Assembly: GCA_038733315.1 (NCBI GenBank)
Contig: JAVYPJ010000002.1
Location: 64,001-128,000 of the forward strand
Length of the DNA: 64,000 nucleotides
Source: Candidatus Aenigmatarchaeota archaeon
GTDB lineage: Archaea; Aenigmatarchaeota; Aenigmatarchaeia; CG10238-14; SpSt-28
Direction of reading: 5' to 3'
The notes beneath the pieces were generated by a model. The model ran no database searches. It worked only from the letters and a program-made list of their open reading frames with translations, and was not told the origin of the DNA. The stretch's first letter is position 1, and the number at the start of each line of letters is the position of its first letter. The translations under genes were made by a program, and so were the position numbers. Shown in pieces: positions 19,172 through 29,690 of this stretch.

Positions 19172-20268
19172 TGAGAGGGATAATTTTAAAAAGTTTTTTG
19201 ATGCTTATACTTGTCTTAATTATTGGTATTATTGCTGTTTTATTATTCCTTCATTTTTTCTATAAAGAAGAAACTTATTATTACACAATACCATCTGTAA
19301 AATCCTCTGAATACCAAGGAATATCTTTAAAACTAGAAACTCCAAGATTGTCAAACTATGGAAATTACCTTTTCAGAATTTCCATATCAAGCAATTTTTT
19401 TAAAGATGTTGATATAAAGGAGATAAATGCATCTGTAATAGATACAGATTTAAAAAGCGGTTATTTTGGAAGATTAATTATAAATAATATAAAAATTGAG
19501 CCAAAAAAATATTTTGAATATGACGCAAGCTTAGATGTAAGTCAGTATTATGGAAAAACATTTTTCTGCAAAAACGAAAGTTTTTCTTGTCCAAACGGAA
19601 TAGCATATCCCTTTGGTTTTTGGATTTTTGAAGATTGCAAGTGTTTATCTTATAAAGAAGCTTTTTGTAAGTTTAGAAATAAAAGGTTAAGAATTTCCTT
19701 AGATTACGACGCTACTTATCAAAGCTACTTTACTATATCTATGAAATCTACAAGAAACCCGGAGGTTGTGCATCAGCCGACTGACTTTAAGATTAAAATA
19801 TTGACATCACCAAAACCATATGAGTTCGATACAGACCTAACTTTATCTTTAATTATAGAGGATTTAGGAAATTATGATTTAAAAATTAAAAAAATAGAAA
19901 TAGTTCCAGTAAAAACAGTAATAATTTCAGAATCTTTGTTTAGAAGGAAAGTAGTTAATGTATCTTTTCCAAATTCCTGCGAATTTAGAGATATAGATTT
20001 GAAGAATCCTTATCTTACCGGATGTAATTTTGGAAAACCAGAAATAGAGGTTTTGGAAATGGATAAGTCTCAGGAGCAAAAAATTCTCAAATCAGAAAAA
20101 GTTAATGTGACAAGAATGATTTGTGAGAATGATTATTTTAAAAAGTATTGTGAGGTTAGTAATGTTTTAGAAAAAGCGACGTTTTCAGTTATAATTGATT
20201 ATGAAACTACATATGTTACAACTAAAGAAATATCTGTTGATTATTCTAGTATTTGTTCTGAAAAATAA
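19168..20268 (+). CDS. pilin-like Cys-rich extracellular protein
   Basis: MRG-I class III-like signal; beta-rich domains with many cysteines. Confidence 0.65.
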   Translation: MMRGIILKSFLMLILVLIIGIIAVLLFLHFFYKEETYYYTIPSVKSSEYQGISLKLETPRLSNYGNYLFRISISSNFFKDVDIKEINASVIDTDLKSGYFGRLIINNIKIEPKKYFEYDASLDVSQYYGKTFFCKNESFSCPNGIAYPFGFWIFEDCKCLSYKEAFCKFRNKRLRISLDYDATYQSYFTISMKSTRNPEVVHQPTDFKIKILTSPKPYEFDTDLTLSLIIEDLGNYDLKIKKIEIVPVKTVIISESLFRRKVVNVSFPNSCEFRDIDLKNPYLTGCNFGKPEIEVLEMDKSQEQKILKSEKVNVTRMICENDYFKKYCEVSNVLEKATFSVIIDYETTYVTTKEISVDYSSICSEK

Positions 20269-20283
20269 TAACGAAGAATAAAA

Positions 20284-20664
20284 TTATTCGTATCTACATT
20301 GACACCTCTTTAAGCATTGTTTCCAATAGTCTTCATTATCTCCTATGGATGGTTTACCTAAAATGTATGCACATATTTCAGAAAGATATGGACGATCTCT
20401 ATCTTCGCCTGATGGTACTACAGGAACATCTTTTTTTGTTAGTTTTGCCGATTCTATATTTTTCGCATCTCTCAATGGTATGTATTCTGAAGCGCAGTTA
20501 CGATAATAGACGAGCTCTTGGCAGAACATGTTTTCAACTCTTGGTCTGACAAAGAATTGTTGAAACCCAGGAATTATTCCAAGAAAGCCTAAAATAATTA
20601 CTAAAGCAACAGCAGCTACAATTACTATTATAAGCATAGATATAGAGATTTCGGCACCCTTCAT
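20284..20664 (-). CDS. pilin-like protein with Cys-rich domain
   Basis: MKG-AEISI plus hydrophobic helix; six cysteines. Confidence 0.75.
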   Translation of the reverse strand: MKGAEISISMLIIVIVAAVALVIILGFLGIIPGFQQFFVRPRVENMFCQELVYYRNCASEYIPLRDAKNIESAKLTKKDVPVVPSGEDRDRPYLSEICAYILGKPSIGDNEDYWKQCLKRCQCRYE

Positions 20665-20708
20665 AATACAAATATTTAGGGTTATGAATATATATTTTTT
20701 GTTTTCGA

Positions 20709-20843
20709 TTATACTATACCGAACATTCTGAAAAATTGAAAAAACTGTTCCTTTATAATACCAGAAAGAATGAATAATATTAACAAAATCGCAATCGCAG
20801 TTATAACTACTATTAAAACCTTAGTGGAAATTTTTATAGACAT
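20709..20843 (-). CDS. small pilin-like membrane protein (44 aa)
   Basis: Hand-translated MSIKISTKVLIVVITAIAILLILFILSGIIKEQFFQFFRMFGIV. Confidence 0.6.
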   Translation of the reverse strand: MSIKISTKVLIVVITAIAILLILFILSGIIKEQFFQFFRMFGIV

Positions 20844-20846
20844 TTT

Positions 20847-21002
20847 TTACGAAATTTTTGGACCAAACGGAAATTTTAGATTTGAAATAAATTCCCAGAT
20901 TTGTTTTAGAAAATCCCATTTTTTAGCGATTGCTAGAACAAAAAGTATAATAGCGATAAAAAGTATTATAATACCAAGTGCTAACCAAAGCTCGTCTTCC
21001 AT
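20847..21002 (-). CDS. small pilin-like membrane protein (51 aa)
   Basis: Hand-translated MEDELWLALGIIILFIAIILFVLAIAKKWDFLKQIWEFISNLKFPFGPKIS. Confidence 0.6.
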   Translation of the reverse strand: MEDELWLALGIIILFIAIILFVLAIAKKWDFLKQIWEFISNLKFPFGPKIS

Positions 21003-21003
21003 T

Positions 21004-21186
21004 TTATCTATTTGCGTTTCCCTTTGTTAATATCTCAAACCACTTAGTAACATTCAGAATATCTTTTATGCCAGAAGTACCTTGCTCCCTAGACATATTT
21101 ACAAAGAAAAGTATTATTATTAGAGCAGCGACAGCTACAATTATTATAATTAATGTTTCTATTGACAGATTTAGCCCACACTTCAT
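21004..21186 (-). CDS. small pilin-like protein
   Basis: MKCG-LNLSIETLIIIIVAVAAL class III-like signal. Confidence 0.7.
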   Translation of the reverse strand: MKCGLNLSIETLIIIIVAVAALIIILFFVNMSREQGTSGIKDILNVTKWFEILTKGNANR

Positions 21187-21383
21187 AATTTTATACCTTT
21201 TTAAATAAATAAAAATATTTGATTTTAAAATATACACTTTTCTATAGAAAACAATAAGTTAAATGAAGATAGAAAAACTTATTATAGGGGGTTGGATTCT
21301 TTCTTGGCTAATGGTACTTTGAAGTCTATTCGACTTCTAAATAAATAATATAAAAACTCAAATATATAAATTTCGATAAAATA

Positions 21384-22535
21384 ATGGATACAATAATAAA
21401 ATCCGCACTCCAAAGAGCACTTGAAGAAGAAAATCCAAATCTAAAAATAGCTTCAAAAGTTTCTAGCGGTTTAATCAGAAAAGATCTAGATTATTTTCAA
21501 ATAGCAAAAGAACAGTTTGGTGTAGATGTTAAAAAAGCGAAAATCGTTGCTGTTGGTGTTGGAGGTGCAGGCTGCAATACAGTTACTAGATTACATGAAT
21601 TAGGTGTTTATGGTGCTAATACTGTAGCATTAAATACAGATGCAAAACACTTGGCAGTAACTAAGGCCGATAAAAGAATTTTAATAGGTAAAGAATTAAC
21701 AAAAGGTTTGGGTTGTGGAGGTATTCCAGAAATAGGTAGAAAGGCTGCTGAAGAAAGTAGAAACGAAATTAAAGAAGCTATAGAGGGAGCAGATATGGTA
21801 TTCGTATTAGCAGGCATGGGAAAAGGTACAGGTACTGGAGCAGCTCCGGTAGTTGCAGAAATAGCAAAATCGATGGGAGCATTAGTTATTGGAGTTGTTG
21901 AGATGCCATTTAGTGCAGAGGGTTCAAGGAGATTTAAAGCCGAAGAAGGATTAGCTAGACTAAGAGAGCATGCCGATACTGTTATTGTTATTGAAAATGA
22001 TAGATTGTTAAAATATGCAGGAAACTTAAATTTACAACAAGCTTTTGCGGTTGCAGACGAATTGGTTGCTAATATGATAAAAGGTATTACAGAAACAATT
22101 ACATTACCGAGCTTAATTAACTTAGACTATGCTGATGTAAGAAGTGTAATGAGTACTGGCGGTGGGGTTGCTGCATTAGGAATTGCTGAAAGTTCTTCAA
22201 GCGATAGAGCAAGAGATTCTGTAATGAAAGCACTACAAAATCCATTAATAGATGTTGATTATACAGGAGCTGCTGGAGCATTAGTTCACGTAACTGGTGG
22301 AGAAGATTTGAAATTAGAGGAAGTACATCAAATAATGCATCATGTATATTCTCAATTGGATCCAAGTGCAACAGTGTTTATTGGAGCAAGAATAATGCCA
22401 GAATACGAAGGAAGAATACAAGTTATTACAATAGTTACTGGAGTAAAATCTCCATATATTTTAGGAAGAGTTTCTGTTGAAAGAACTTTAACAAAAGAAA
22501 CAAGCTCTCTACTAGGTATAGATATACTCAAATAA
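21384..22535 (+). CDS. ftsZ: cell division protein FtsZ
   Basis: GVGGAGCN, NTDA, GKGTGTG, LINLDYADV. Confidence 0.97.
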   Translation: MDTIIKSALQRALEEENPNLKIASKVSSGLIRKDLDYFQIAKEQFGVDVKKAKIVAVGVGGAGCNTVTRLHELGVYGANTVALNTDAKHLAVTKADKRILIGKELTKGLGCGGIPEIGRKAAEESRNEIKEAIEGADMVFVLAGMGKGTGTGAAPVVAEIAKSMGALVIGVVEMPFSAEGSRRFKAEEGLARLREHADTVIVIENDRLLKYAGNLNLQQAFAVADELVANMIKGITETITLPSLINLDYADVRSVMSTGGGVAALGIAESSSSDRARDSVMKALQNPLIDVDYTGAAGALVHVTGGEDLKLEEVHQIMHHVYSQLDPSATVFIGARIMPEYEGRIQVITIVTGVKSPYILGRVSVERTLTKETSSLLGIDILK

Positions 22536-22548
22536 TCCCTTCCTTTTT

Positions 22549-22872
22549 TTATTTTTTAAGATATTCTAATAAATTTTTTGAAATTTCTTTTTCCAAATCT
22601 TTTTTCTTATTTTTAAGATATTTGTTGAACAGAAGCCAATTCTTATATGCTAATTTATCTTCTTTTTTTAATAAATCTAGTATAATCTTAGTTAGCTCTT
22701 TAGTTGTTATTTCTTTTTTATTCTTTTCTAAAATTTTTCCAAGCGTCATATAGGCAATTTTTCTAGAAGTTTCAATATCAGCTCCACTTCTTAAAATGCT
22801 AACAACAATCTTTTCTATTACAAAATCTTCTATTCTTCCATCTTTCTTTTTAACTTTTATGTTAAAATTCAT
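22549..22872 (-). CDS. stand-alone ATP-cone domain protein
   Basis: VKKKDGRIEDF..EKI..SI...ITTKEL. Confidence 0.85.
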   Translation of the reverse strand: MNFNIKVKKKDGRIEDFVIEKIVVSILRSGADIETSRKIAYMTLGKILEKNKKEITTKELTKIILDLLKKEDKLAYKNWLLFNKYLKNKKKDLEKEISKNLLEYLKK

Positions 22873-22917
22873 AAAATTATTATTTTTGCTATAAATATAT
22901 AGGTTTGGGAATATTTT

Positions 22918-23457
22918 ATGGATAAAAAATCGATAATAAACTTCCTTTTGATTTTTATCTCAACTTCTTTATTTCTAATTTCCATTGGAATGTTTATTCT
23001 CTCGTTTCTTACTCTATTTAATTTCTTTAACTCCAATATAAACTTTTTTAAAAATTTTCAACAAAAAGACAACGCTTTGAACGAAGTTACTCTTTATAAT
23101 CCTGGACCAATGAATATTAAAGAGCTAAGTATTAATTCAAAAATTTACTTTCTAAATAAAAGCTATGATTTTCTAAGGTTTAATTCTGCAATTGCTGCAA
23201 AAGAAGAGAAAAAAATTGCTTTAGAGGTTTTGAATAAAAGTCTTATAGAGGATGAAATTAAAAATTATTTTTTAGAAGTGTTTAACGAATATAAAGATAT
23301 TGAATATGCTAAGAATAAAATATTAAACGAAATTAGAAAAGGTGTTTTAATTAGCGAAATAAACGTAAGCTTAGAAGATTTGTTAAAAATAGATTTAATG
23401 TTTGAAATTGGGTTATACGATTTAATAAAAATTGGAAGCGAAGGTAATATAATATGA
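22918..23457 (+). CDS. membrane-anchored hypothetical protein
   Basis: N-terminal TM helix, then LYNPG beta-rich domain. Confidence 0.6.
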   Translation: MDKKSIINFLLIFISTSLFLISIGMFILSFLTLFNFFNSNINFFKNFQQKDNALNEVTLYNPGPMNIKELSINSKIYFLNKSYDFLRFNSAIAAKEEKKIALEVLNKSLIEDEIKNYFLEVFNEYKDIEYAKNKILNEIRKGVLISEINVSLEDLLKIDLMFEIGLYDLIKIGSEGNII

Positions 23458-23924
23458 AAGTCTTAAACCTAATTAAGTGCATTTTTTTATTTTTATTGAA
23501 TTTTATTCTCTTTTCATTACCTTTTCTGATAGTTATTCTCGAAAATTATAACATGTTTAATTGCGAATTTTATGTTTTAAATCCCTGCAAATCTATTTAC
23601 AACTTTTACGGTTTTAATATAGTTTTTTTATTATTTTTCTTAGGAATCCTGATTTCTATTTTTGCATTTCTTTCAAACTTCTTAGAGAAAAGGATAGCAT
23701 CTTATTTTTCTGTTAGCTATTCAGTTTTTGTTTTAATTTTTTTAATTTTTGTATTCAATTTTGGAAAGTTCGAAATAAATTTTGGTAATGAAGCTCAAAT
23801 TCCAATTAATTTTAACAAAACAAAAATTTCTGTTGATTTTAAAATTCCATTTTATATTTTAGTTCTAAGTTCTGTAGTTGACATAATGAGAAGAATTGTT
23901 GTAAACTTTGTTTTTAAGAGCTAA
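23454..23924 (+). CDS. multi-pass membrane hypothetical protein
   Basis: About four TM helices; ATGA overlap. Confidence 0.6.
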   Translation: MKVLNLIKCIFLFLLNFILFSLPFLIVILENYNMFNCEFYVLNPCKSIYNFYGFNIVFLLFFLGILISIFAFLSNFLEKRIASYFSVSYSVFVLIFLIFVFNFGKFEINFGNEAQIPINFNKTKISVDFKIPFYILVLSSVVDIMRRIVVNFVFKS

Positions 23925-24895
23925 GGAGATAATTCTCATAAGTAACGCTTCGATGTATCATTTCTAATGCGTCATGATAGAAGGATTCAAGTTCTATACA
24001 TCTGGTTTTTATATTTTTCTCTTTGAGATATTTAGCAATTTTTTCAGCGTGTGATTTACCACATATAACTACTAATCTTTTATTATTAACTTCTTCTACT
24101 TTTTTAGCAATTTGTTCCGCCATATATTTTTCTCTTTCGCTGCTTATTCCTTCTAATTTTTGATAAATATCGATTATTTTTGTACGATGCAATTCATTTT
24201 CATAATCCATTTTGACTCGATACTCATTAAGATGTTTTTTTATCAATTCTTTACTATCAATATGTTCTACTTTGACCTTATTCTTTTTTATATATTCAAA
24301 TAGTGGAAGTTTTACATATATAGGTAGAATTTTTTGATGTACTTCTGAGTTAGAATACTCGTTAATTAATTCTAAAAGTCCCGCCTTTTTTAAATCATCA
24401 ACGTGTTTATATTTTTCTTTCTTCTAATAAATATTTTTCTAATTCTCGATTAAAATTTATAAGATTTTCAAAATCTCCATATAAATCTACGAATGGTATA
24501 GAATTTGGAGACAATTTTGTATAGTATTTTTTATTAAATTCTTTTAGAAATTCTTCTGTTTCCTTTTTACAATTTTTTTGATCTTCGCCAATGTAGTTTT
24601 TAACTTTCTTAAAAAAATTTATTATTTTACATTCTTCGAAAAATCTTTGTATCTCTTCGTACTTTTCTATTATTTTGTTTATATCGTTGTCTTTATCTTT
24701 CGGACCCTCTAATAAAACGCAGTTTGGCTTCCATTTTTCACAAATGTATTTTTCTAATTTTCCGTGAAGAGGATCTGTATGGTTTTCACCAACCACTATT
24801 ACTTCAGTATTTTTATCTAATGCTGCTCTAATTGCCTCACTAAATTTAATGTATGCTTCATATAGTTTTTCACAAAACTCTTTTTTAGATATCAT
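23914..24895 (-). pseudogene. TIKI/TraB/ChaN-like protein, frameshifted
   Basis: VVGENH and VLLEG in the first frame; REKYMA and VVICGKSH in the second, which is open from about 24423. Confidence 0.65.
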
Positions 24896-24989
24896 AATTA
24901 TAAGAAACTTTTGGTTCAGAAATGTTTTTTAATGATTAACATAAATGAAAAATTTTTTATAAACATAAGGAGATTAGTTATTTCTTTAT

Positions 24990-25063
24990 GGGCCCGTAGC
25001 TCAGTATGGTAGAGCGACCGGCTCTTAACCGGTAGGTCGCGGGTTCGAATCCCGCCGGGCCCA
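24990..25063 (+). tRNA. tRNA-Lys(CTT)
   Basis: Cloverleaf; ACCGG-CTCTTAA-CCGGT; GTTCGAATC. Confidence 0.95.
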
Positions 25064-25066
25064 AAA

Positions 25067-25687
25067 CTATTTTAACTCAACAAAAGCAACTTCACTTATT
25101 AACTCTTTTCTTATTCTATTTCTTTCTTTCACAATCTTATAAAGCCTTTGAGAAAAATTTTCTATTAGTGGCACTACTAAAATACCATTATTTTTTAATT
25201 GCTCAATCCAATCCTTAGAAATTTCCTTACAAGCAGCGCTTATAGCTATTTTATCAAATGGCGCAAACTCTTTAAGTCCATATTTTCCATCTCTCAAAAA
25301 AATTTTACATTTATCCAAATAACCAATTCTTTCTAAGTTACTTTTTCCAAATTCAAAGACCTCTTTATTTATTTCAACTCCATAGACCTCTCTTTTAGTT
25401 ATTTCATGTGCATATGCTAACAATATTCCAGAACCAAAACCTATTTCTAAGAATTTATCATTTTCTTTTAACTCTAGTGCTTCTAAATAAATTGCGTGCA
25501 TATGTGGTGCAGAAATAGTAGCGTCTTTATTTATTGGCAGCGGAACATCTAAATAGGCTTGATTTTTAAATTCATCCCTTACAAAAAATTTTCTATCAAT
25601 CTTTAAAAACGCGTTTTTAACTTCCTTTCTTTTTATAAATCCATTTTTTTCTAAGTTCTCTACCAATTCTTCTAAGCTTTTACCCAT
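25067..25687 (-). CDS. pcm: protein-L-isoaspartate O-methyltransferase
   Basis: AY.D.PLPI, TISAPHMH, LEIGFGSG, APFDKI. Confidence 0.93.
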   Translation of the reverse strand: MGKSLEELVENLEKNGFIKRKEVKNAFLKIDRKFFVRDEFKNQAYLDVPLPINKDATISAPHMHAIYLEALELKENDKFLEIGFGSGILLAYAHEITKREVYGVEINKEVFEFGKSNLERIGYLDKCKIFLRDGKYGLKEFAPFDKIAISAACKEISKDWIEQLKNNGILVVPLIENFSQRLYKIVKERNRIRKELISEVAFVELK

Positions 25688-25708
25688 AAATTAATTACGA
25701 AATTCAAG

Positions 25709-27439
25709 CTAAACAATGTTCCATTCTTTTAGCAACTCTTTTTCTTCTTCACTTAAATACTCGAAATATTTTTTCAAATAATCTATATCTCTTGGATTTA
25801 AATCTGAAATTAAAACATCATCTTCATTAATACTCCTTCCAATAGTTACGTTTTGAATGCTAATCGCAATCTTTTCGCCTTTCGTAGCAAATTCTATACT
25901 TCTGTTTTCTTTTTGAATATCGTTTACAACACCAACTTCTTTGCCATCGATTCTTTTTAGTTTTGTTCCTCTAAATAATCTTCCTTTTAAAACCTCTACT
26001 CCACAGATTGCAGGATCGCTTCTTCTAAATATACAACCTTTTATAAGTCTAATAACTACAGGCCTATTAATTTTTGATAATTCATACTTAGCTTCATTTT
26101 TCTTCCTCTCTTCTAAATAATTTTTTATATCTTCAATTATTCTATATATAACATTTCCTTTAAATACCTTAACATTTTTCTGTTTTAGAATATTTTCATC
26201 TTCTTCGTTTATATCAACATTAAATAAAACTATAATTTTAAATTTTTCGTCTTTAATCAAATCTAAATCCAATAAATCTTCTTTTTTTATTTTTCCTACG
26301 CCAGTTTTTTTGATTGGTATTTTTTCTTTTTCAAACATGTTTATTAATGCTTCTAAGCTACCTAAGGTATCTGCCTTAATTATTACTCCATCTCCTTCAT
26401 TCTTAAAAATAACGCTTTCAAACGTAAGCTTCAATTCTTTTTTAAACCTTTCTAAATCTTTTTCATCCTTAGCAACTCTAAACTCGCTACCAGCAATAGC
26501 ATTTTCTAAATTTTCAGCAAAAATCCTTATTCCAGCAGATGCTATCACTTCATTTACATATTCGAAATCTTTTTCGTACTTTATATCTCTTAACTCCTTT
26601 GGTAGCATTATAAGTTTTACCTTAGTTACTATTGGCTCAGAAGATGCAATTACTATACTATCTCCTTTTTTTAACTTTCCATCATAAAGTATACAATCCG
26701 CTACAATTCCTAATCCTTTTTGCTCTCTTAGCTCTAAGATTATTCCTTTAGATTCCTTTGAAATAAACAGTTTTTCTTTTAAGAATGTTTGAGAAACGCC
26801 ACAAAGAACTAATAGAAGCTCTGCTAATCCTTCTTTTGTTTTTGCAGATATCGGAATTATTGGAACTTGATTTTTAAAGTCTGTAACTCTATCAAATCTT
26901 TCTGAATTAAACCCAAATTCATACAATTTAGCAACTATTTCATACAATTTTTTATCTAATTCTAATATAGTTTGTTGTTTTTGTATTTTTAAACTTTCTA
27001 AAAAAGATAAAGAATTAGAATTTTTCCAATCTGGCAATCTATCTATTTTGTTTAGAGCAACTAAGAAAGGAATTTTGAAATCTTTAAGAATATTTAAGCA
27101 CTCTTCAGTTTGCTCCCTTATGCCTTCTATAACATCTATAACTAAAATTACAATATCTGAAATATTTCCTCCTCGCTTCCTTAAGTGAGAAAAGGCAGCA
27201 TGTCCAGGAGTATCAATTAATAGAATTCCATTAAATTTAATTTCGAATTTAAAATTTTTTAAAAGATTTCCACATATCTTTTCAATAATATTTTTTGGTA
27301 TGTATGTGGATGAAATGTGCTGTGTAATTTGTCCAGGTTCTTTTAATGCAATAGTAGAATTTCTTATAGCATCAGCTAAAGAAGTTTTTCCATGGTCTAC
27401 ATGACCCATTAATGCTATAATTGGAGCCCTTAATTCCAT
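25709..27439 (-). CDS. infB: translation initiation factor aIF5B (IF-2)
   Basis: GHVDHGKT, GQITQHI, DTPGH, NKID, ADTLGSLEA. Confidence 0.96.
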   Translation of the reverse strand: MELRAPIIALMGHVDHGKTSLADAIRNSTIALKEPGQITQHISSTYIPKNIIEKICGNLLKNFKFEIKFNGILLIDTPGHAAFSHLRKRGGNISDIVILVIDVIEGIREQTEECLNILKDFKIPFLVALNKIDRLPDWKNSNSLSFLESLKIQKQQTILELDKKLYEIVAKLYEFGFNSERFDRVTDFKNQVPIIPISAKTKEGLAELLLVLCGVSQTFLKEKLFISKESKGIILELREQKGLGIVADCILYDGKLKKGDSIVIASSEPIVTKVKLIMLPKELRDIKYEKDFEYVNEVIASAGIRIFAENLENAIAGSEFRVAKDEKDLERFKKELKLTFESVIFKNEGDGVIIKADTLGSLEALINMFEKEKIPIKKTGVGKIKKEDLLDLDLIKDEKFKIIVLFNVDINEEDENILKQKNVKVFKGNVIYRIIEDIKNYLEERKKNEAKYELSKINRPVVIRLIKGCIFRRSDPAICGVEVLKGRLFRGTKLKRIDGKEVGVVNDIQKENRSIEFATKGEKIAISIQNVTIGRSINEDDVLISDLNPRDIDYLKKYFEYLSEEEKELLKEWNIV

Positions 27440-27452
27440 AAAAAAGAAGAGT

Positions 27453-28484
27453 CTATAATTTAAGTTTTGCGATAAATTTACTACCTTTTATTCCTTTTAC
27501 TCTTTTAATTTCTATTAATCCTTTTTTAGCTAAATCTTCCATCAAATAGTTAAAAGTTCTTTTTTTAATTCCAAATTTTTTGCTTATCTCTTCAAAAATT
27601 TCCGATGTATACTTTTCACCGCTTTTTAAAATTTCTAATATTTCTTTTTGCCTTTCATCTATTTTTACTTCATTTATTTTTTCTATTTTACTTTCAAAGT
27701 TTTTAACAACTTTTTTTACAATTTCAAGAGAAAGTTTGTCTTTATTTTCATCAATAATAATTTCTAAAGCTTTTCTAATAATCCTTAAAATTACTCTAAC
27801 ATCACTTCCATTATTATATGCTAAATTCGCTATTAATGTTATAGCAGCCTTATCGTAGTTATTCTTAAATATTGGTTTAATTCTCTCTTCCGCAATAATT
27901 TTTAATTGCTCGAATGTATATGGCTTAAATTCTAAATCGTCGAAAACAAAAGAGCTTAGAACTCTTTTATCCAATTGCAATATAAAATCTTTTGAATTTG
28001 AGATTAAGATTAAATATGGAGAATAATCAAAAAATGATGTAGATCTAGAAAAAGTATACAAAAATTCGTTTAAATCTTTTAGTTTATCTATCTCATCTAT
28101 ACAAATTACTAATTTTATGTTATTATTTTTTGAATGTGTCATTATTTTTTCTAATATTTCCTCGTTTGATAATCCTTTAAATGTAATACCGATTTTTAAC
28201 TCTTCCGCAATTTTTATTAGTAATGAATTAAGGCTATTGTGAATGAAAGAATTAATATATACGTATTTTATTCTATGCGGTTGAAAATTTTTAAATACAT
28301 ATTTTACGCACGCAGTTTTTCCTAAACCACTACCTCCAAATATTAATAAGTTTGTAGGCCTTAAATTTTTCGCATATTTTTCTATCTTTTCCTTAATAAC
28401 TATTATTTGATTATCTCTAAACGGCAACCTTTCTGGAATATAGCTTTCATCAAGAAAAGTAAATAAATCCTCTACGAACTGCAT
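27453..28484 (-). CDS. cdc6: Orc1/Cdc6 replication initiator
   Basis: YIPERLPFR, GGSGLGKT, IDEID, FKPY, C-terminal wHTH. Confidence 0.9.
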   Translation of the reverse strand: MQFVEDLFTFLDESYIPERLPFRDNQIIVIKEKIEKYAKNLRPTNLLIFGGSGLGKTACVKYVFKNFQPHRIKYVYINSFIHNSLNSLLIKIAEELKIGITFKGLSNEEILEKIMTHSKNNNIKLVICIDEIDKLKDLNEFLYTFSRSTSFFDYSPYLILISNSKDFILQLDKRVLSSFVFDDLEFKPYTFEQLKIIAEERIKPIFKNNYDKAAITLIANLAYNNGSDVRVILRIIRKALEIIIDENKDKLSLEIVKKVVKNFESKIEKINEVKIDERQKEILEILKSGEKYTSEIFEEISKKFGIKKRTFNYLMEDLAKKGLIEIKRVKGIKGSKFIAKLKL

Positions 28485-28490
28485 ATTTTT

Positions 28491-29621
28491 CTATCTAGTT
28501 ATTTTTATTTCTTTCATTTCCTCTAAATATTTCTTTCCCGGGCCTTCTAAAAAATACTTTCTTGCTGGGGATAATATTTCAATTAAATAATTTGCTACAG
28601 AATTCTTTAAGTCTAGAGGATGAATTTTTCCTTCTATATAATCTTTTTCCAAATCTTTAAAATTATTATAACATCTCTTCTCTTTTGTTTTAATGTTTAT
28701 TACTTCAAAAATTTTTTCAGCCCTCTCTAAATAAGGCCATATAATATATTTTAAAAGGTCAAATATAGGATTAAGCTCTATTTCTCTAAGCGGACAATAC
28801 GCTTCTCTTATTTTTCTTTTAATCTCTTCTTCTGTATCGTGAATAAATATGGCACTATTCGGCTTAGATTTAGACATCTTTATCTCTATTATTCCCTCTT
28901 CAAAAAGCTCTCTATTTCCTATTCTTTTAGCTTCAAGAATTTTTCTTCTTTGCTCTTCAGTTATGTGCATACCCATTAAGAGATGATGATGAATAGCAAT
29001 AGGTTTATATCCAAATTCTTTACATACCTCTAAAGCTATAACATGAGCTTTACGTTGATCCATACCTCCATGTGGAAGGTTTACTTTTAATCCGAATATA
29101 TCAGCAACTTGCATAGGAACATATAATAATTGTGCAAAATCTACATTTTCACCCTCTCTTCTTCCCATTATAGTAACACTTCTTTTAACTCTTGACAAAC
29201 TTAAGTTCATTGAAACTTTGATTAAATCGTCGAAATATTCTAATCCAAGCTTTTCATACAGTTCAGAACCCATAATAAAATTACATTTATTCGCATCTCC
29301 TCCAACACTCTGTAGAGACAATTTGAGAGCTTCTTTGAAATAGCCTCCAGCGACTTTTCTAATAGTATCTAAATCTCCCCCAAGCTTTTTATTTATAAAA
29401 GAATGATAATCAGCTAAAAATATGTTTGTTTCTATTCCAGCTTGTTGAAAATCGGCAACTTTTTGCATACATAATAAACCAGTTCCTAAGTGAACATATC
29501 CCGAAATTTCATAACCAATATAATGCTTTAATTTTACACCATTTTCAATATATTCTTTTAACCTTTCTTCAGTTAAAATTTCTTCAGTCGGAATTTTCTT
29601 TATTAATTCTAATCTTTCCAT
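28491..29621 (-). CDS. tyrS: tyrosyl-tRNA synthetase (type A)
   Basis: [34 protein letters not shown]. Confidence 0.93.
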   Translation of the reverse strand: MERLELIKKIPTEEILTEERLKEYIENGVKLKHYIGYEISGYVHLGTGLLCMQKVADFQQAGIETNIFLADYHSFINKKLGGDLDTIRKVAGGYFKEALKLSLQSVGGDANKCNFIMGSELYEKLGLEYFDDLIKVSMNLSLSRVKRSVTIMGRREGENVDFAQLLYVPMQVADIFGLKVNLPHGGMDQRKAHVIALEVCKEFGYKPIAIHHHLLMGMHITEEQRRKILEAKRIGNRELFEEGIIEIKMSKSKPNSAIFIHDTEEEIKRKIREAYCPLREIELNPIFDLLKYIIWPYLERAEKIFEVINIKTKEKRCYNNFKDLEKDYIEGKIHPLDLKNSVANYLIEILSPARKYFLEGPGKKYLEEMKEIKITR

Positions 29622-29690
29622 AAATATTTTTTATATTTTCAGATTAATGACAGCCTATGCATTTAAATTTTTTTCTAGTAAGCTAATTTT

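Noticed and set aside
21263..21340. 19-aa ORF and short hairpin (GAAGTC/GACTTC) upstream of ftsZ
   Set aside because: Too short to support; compatible with chance
27440..28490. Origin adjacent to cdc6
   Set aside because: Flanking gaps are only 13 and 6 bp, and no ORB motifs were seen
28491..29621. One of the synthetase pair being TrpRS
   Set aside because: Both carry TyrRS-type motifs (Y.PMQ..D, DQRK); neither has the TrpRS-like GxDQDP signature
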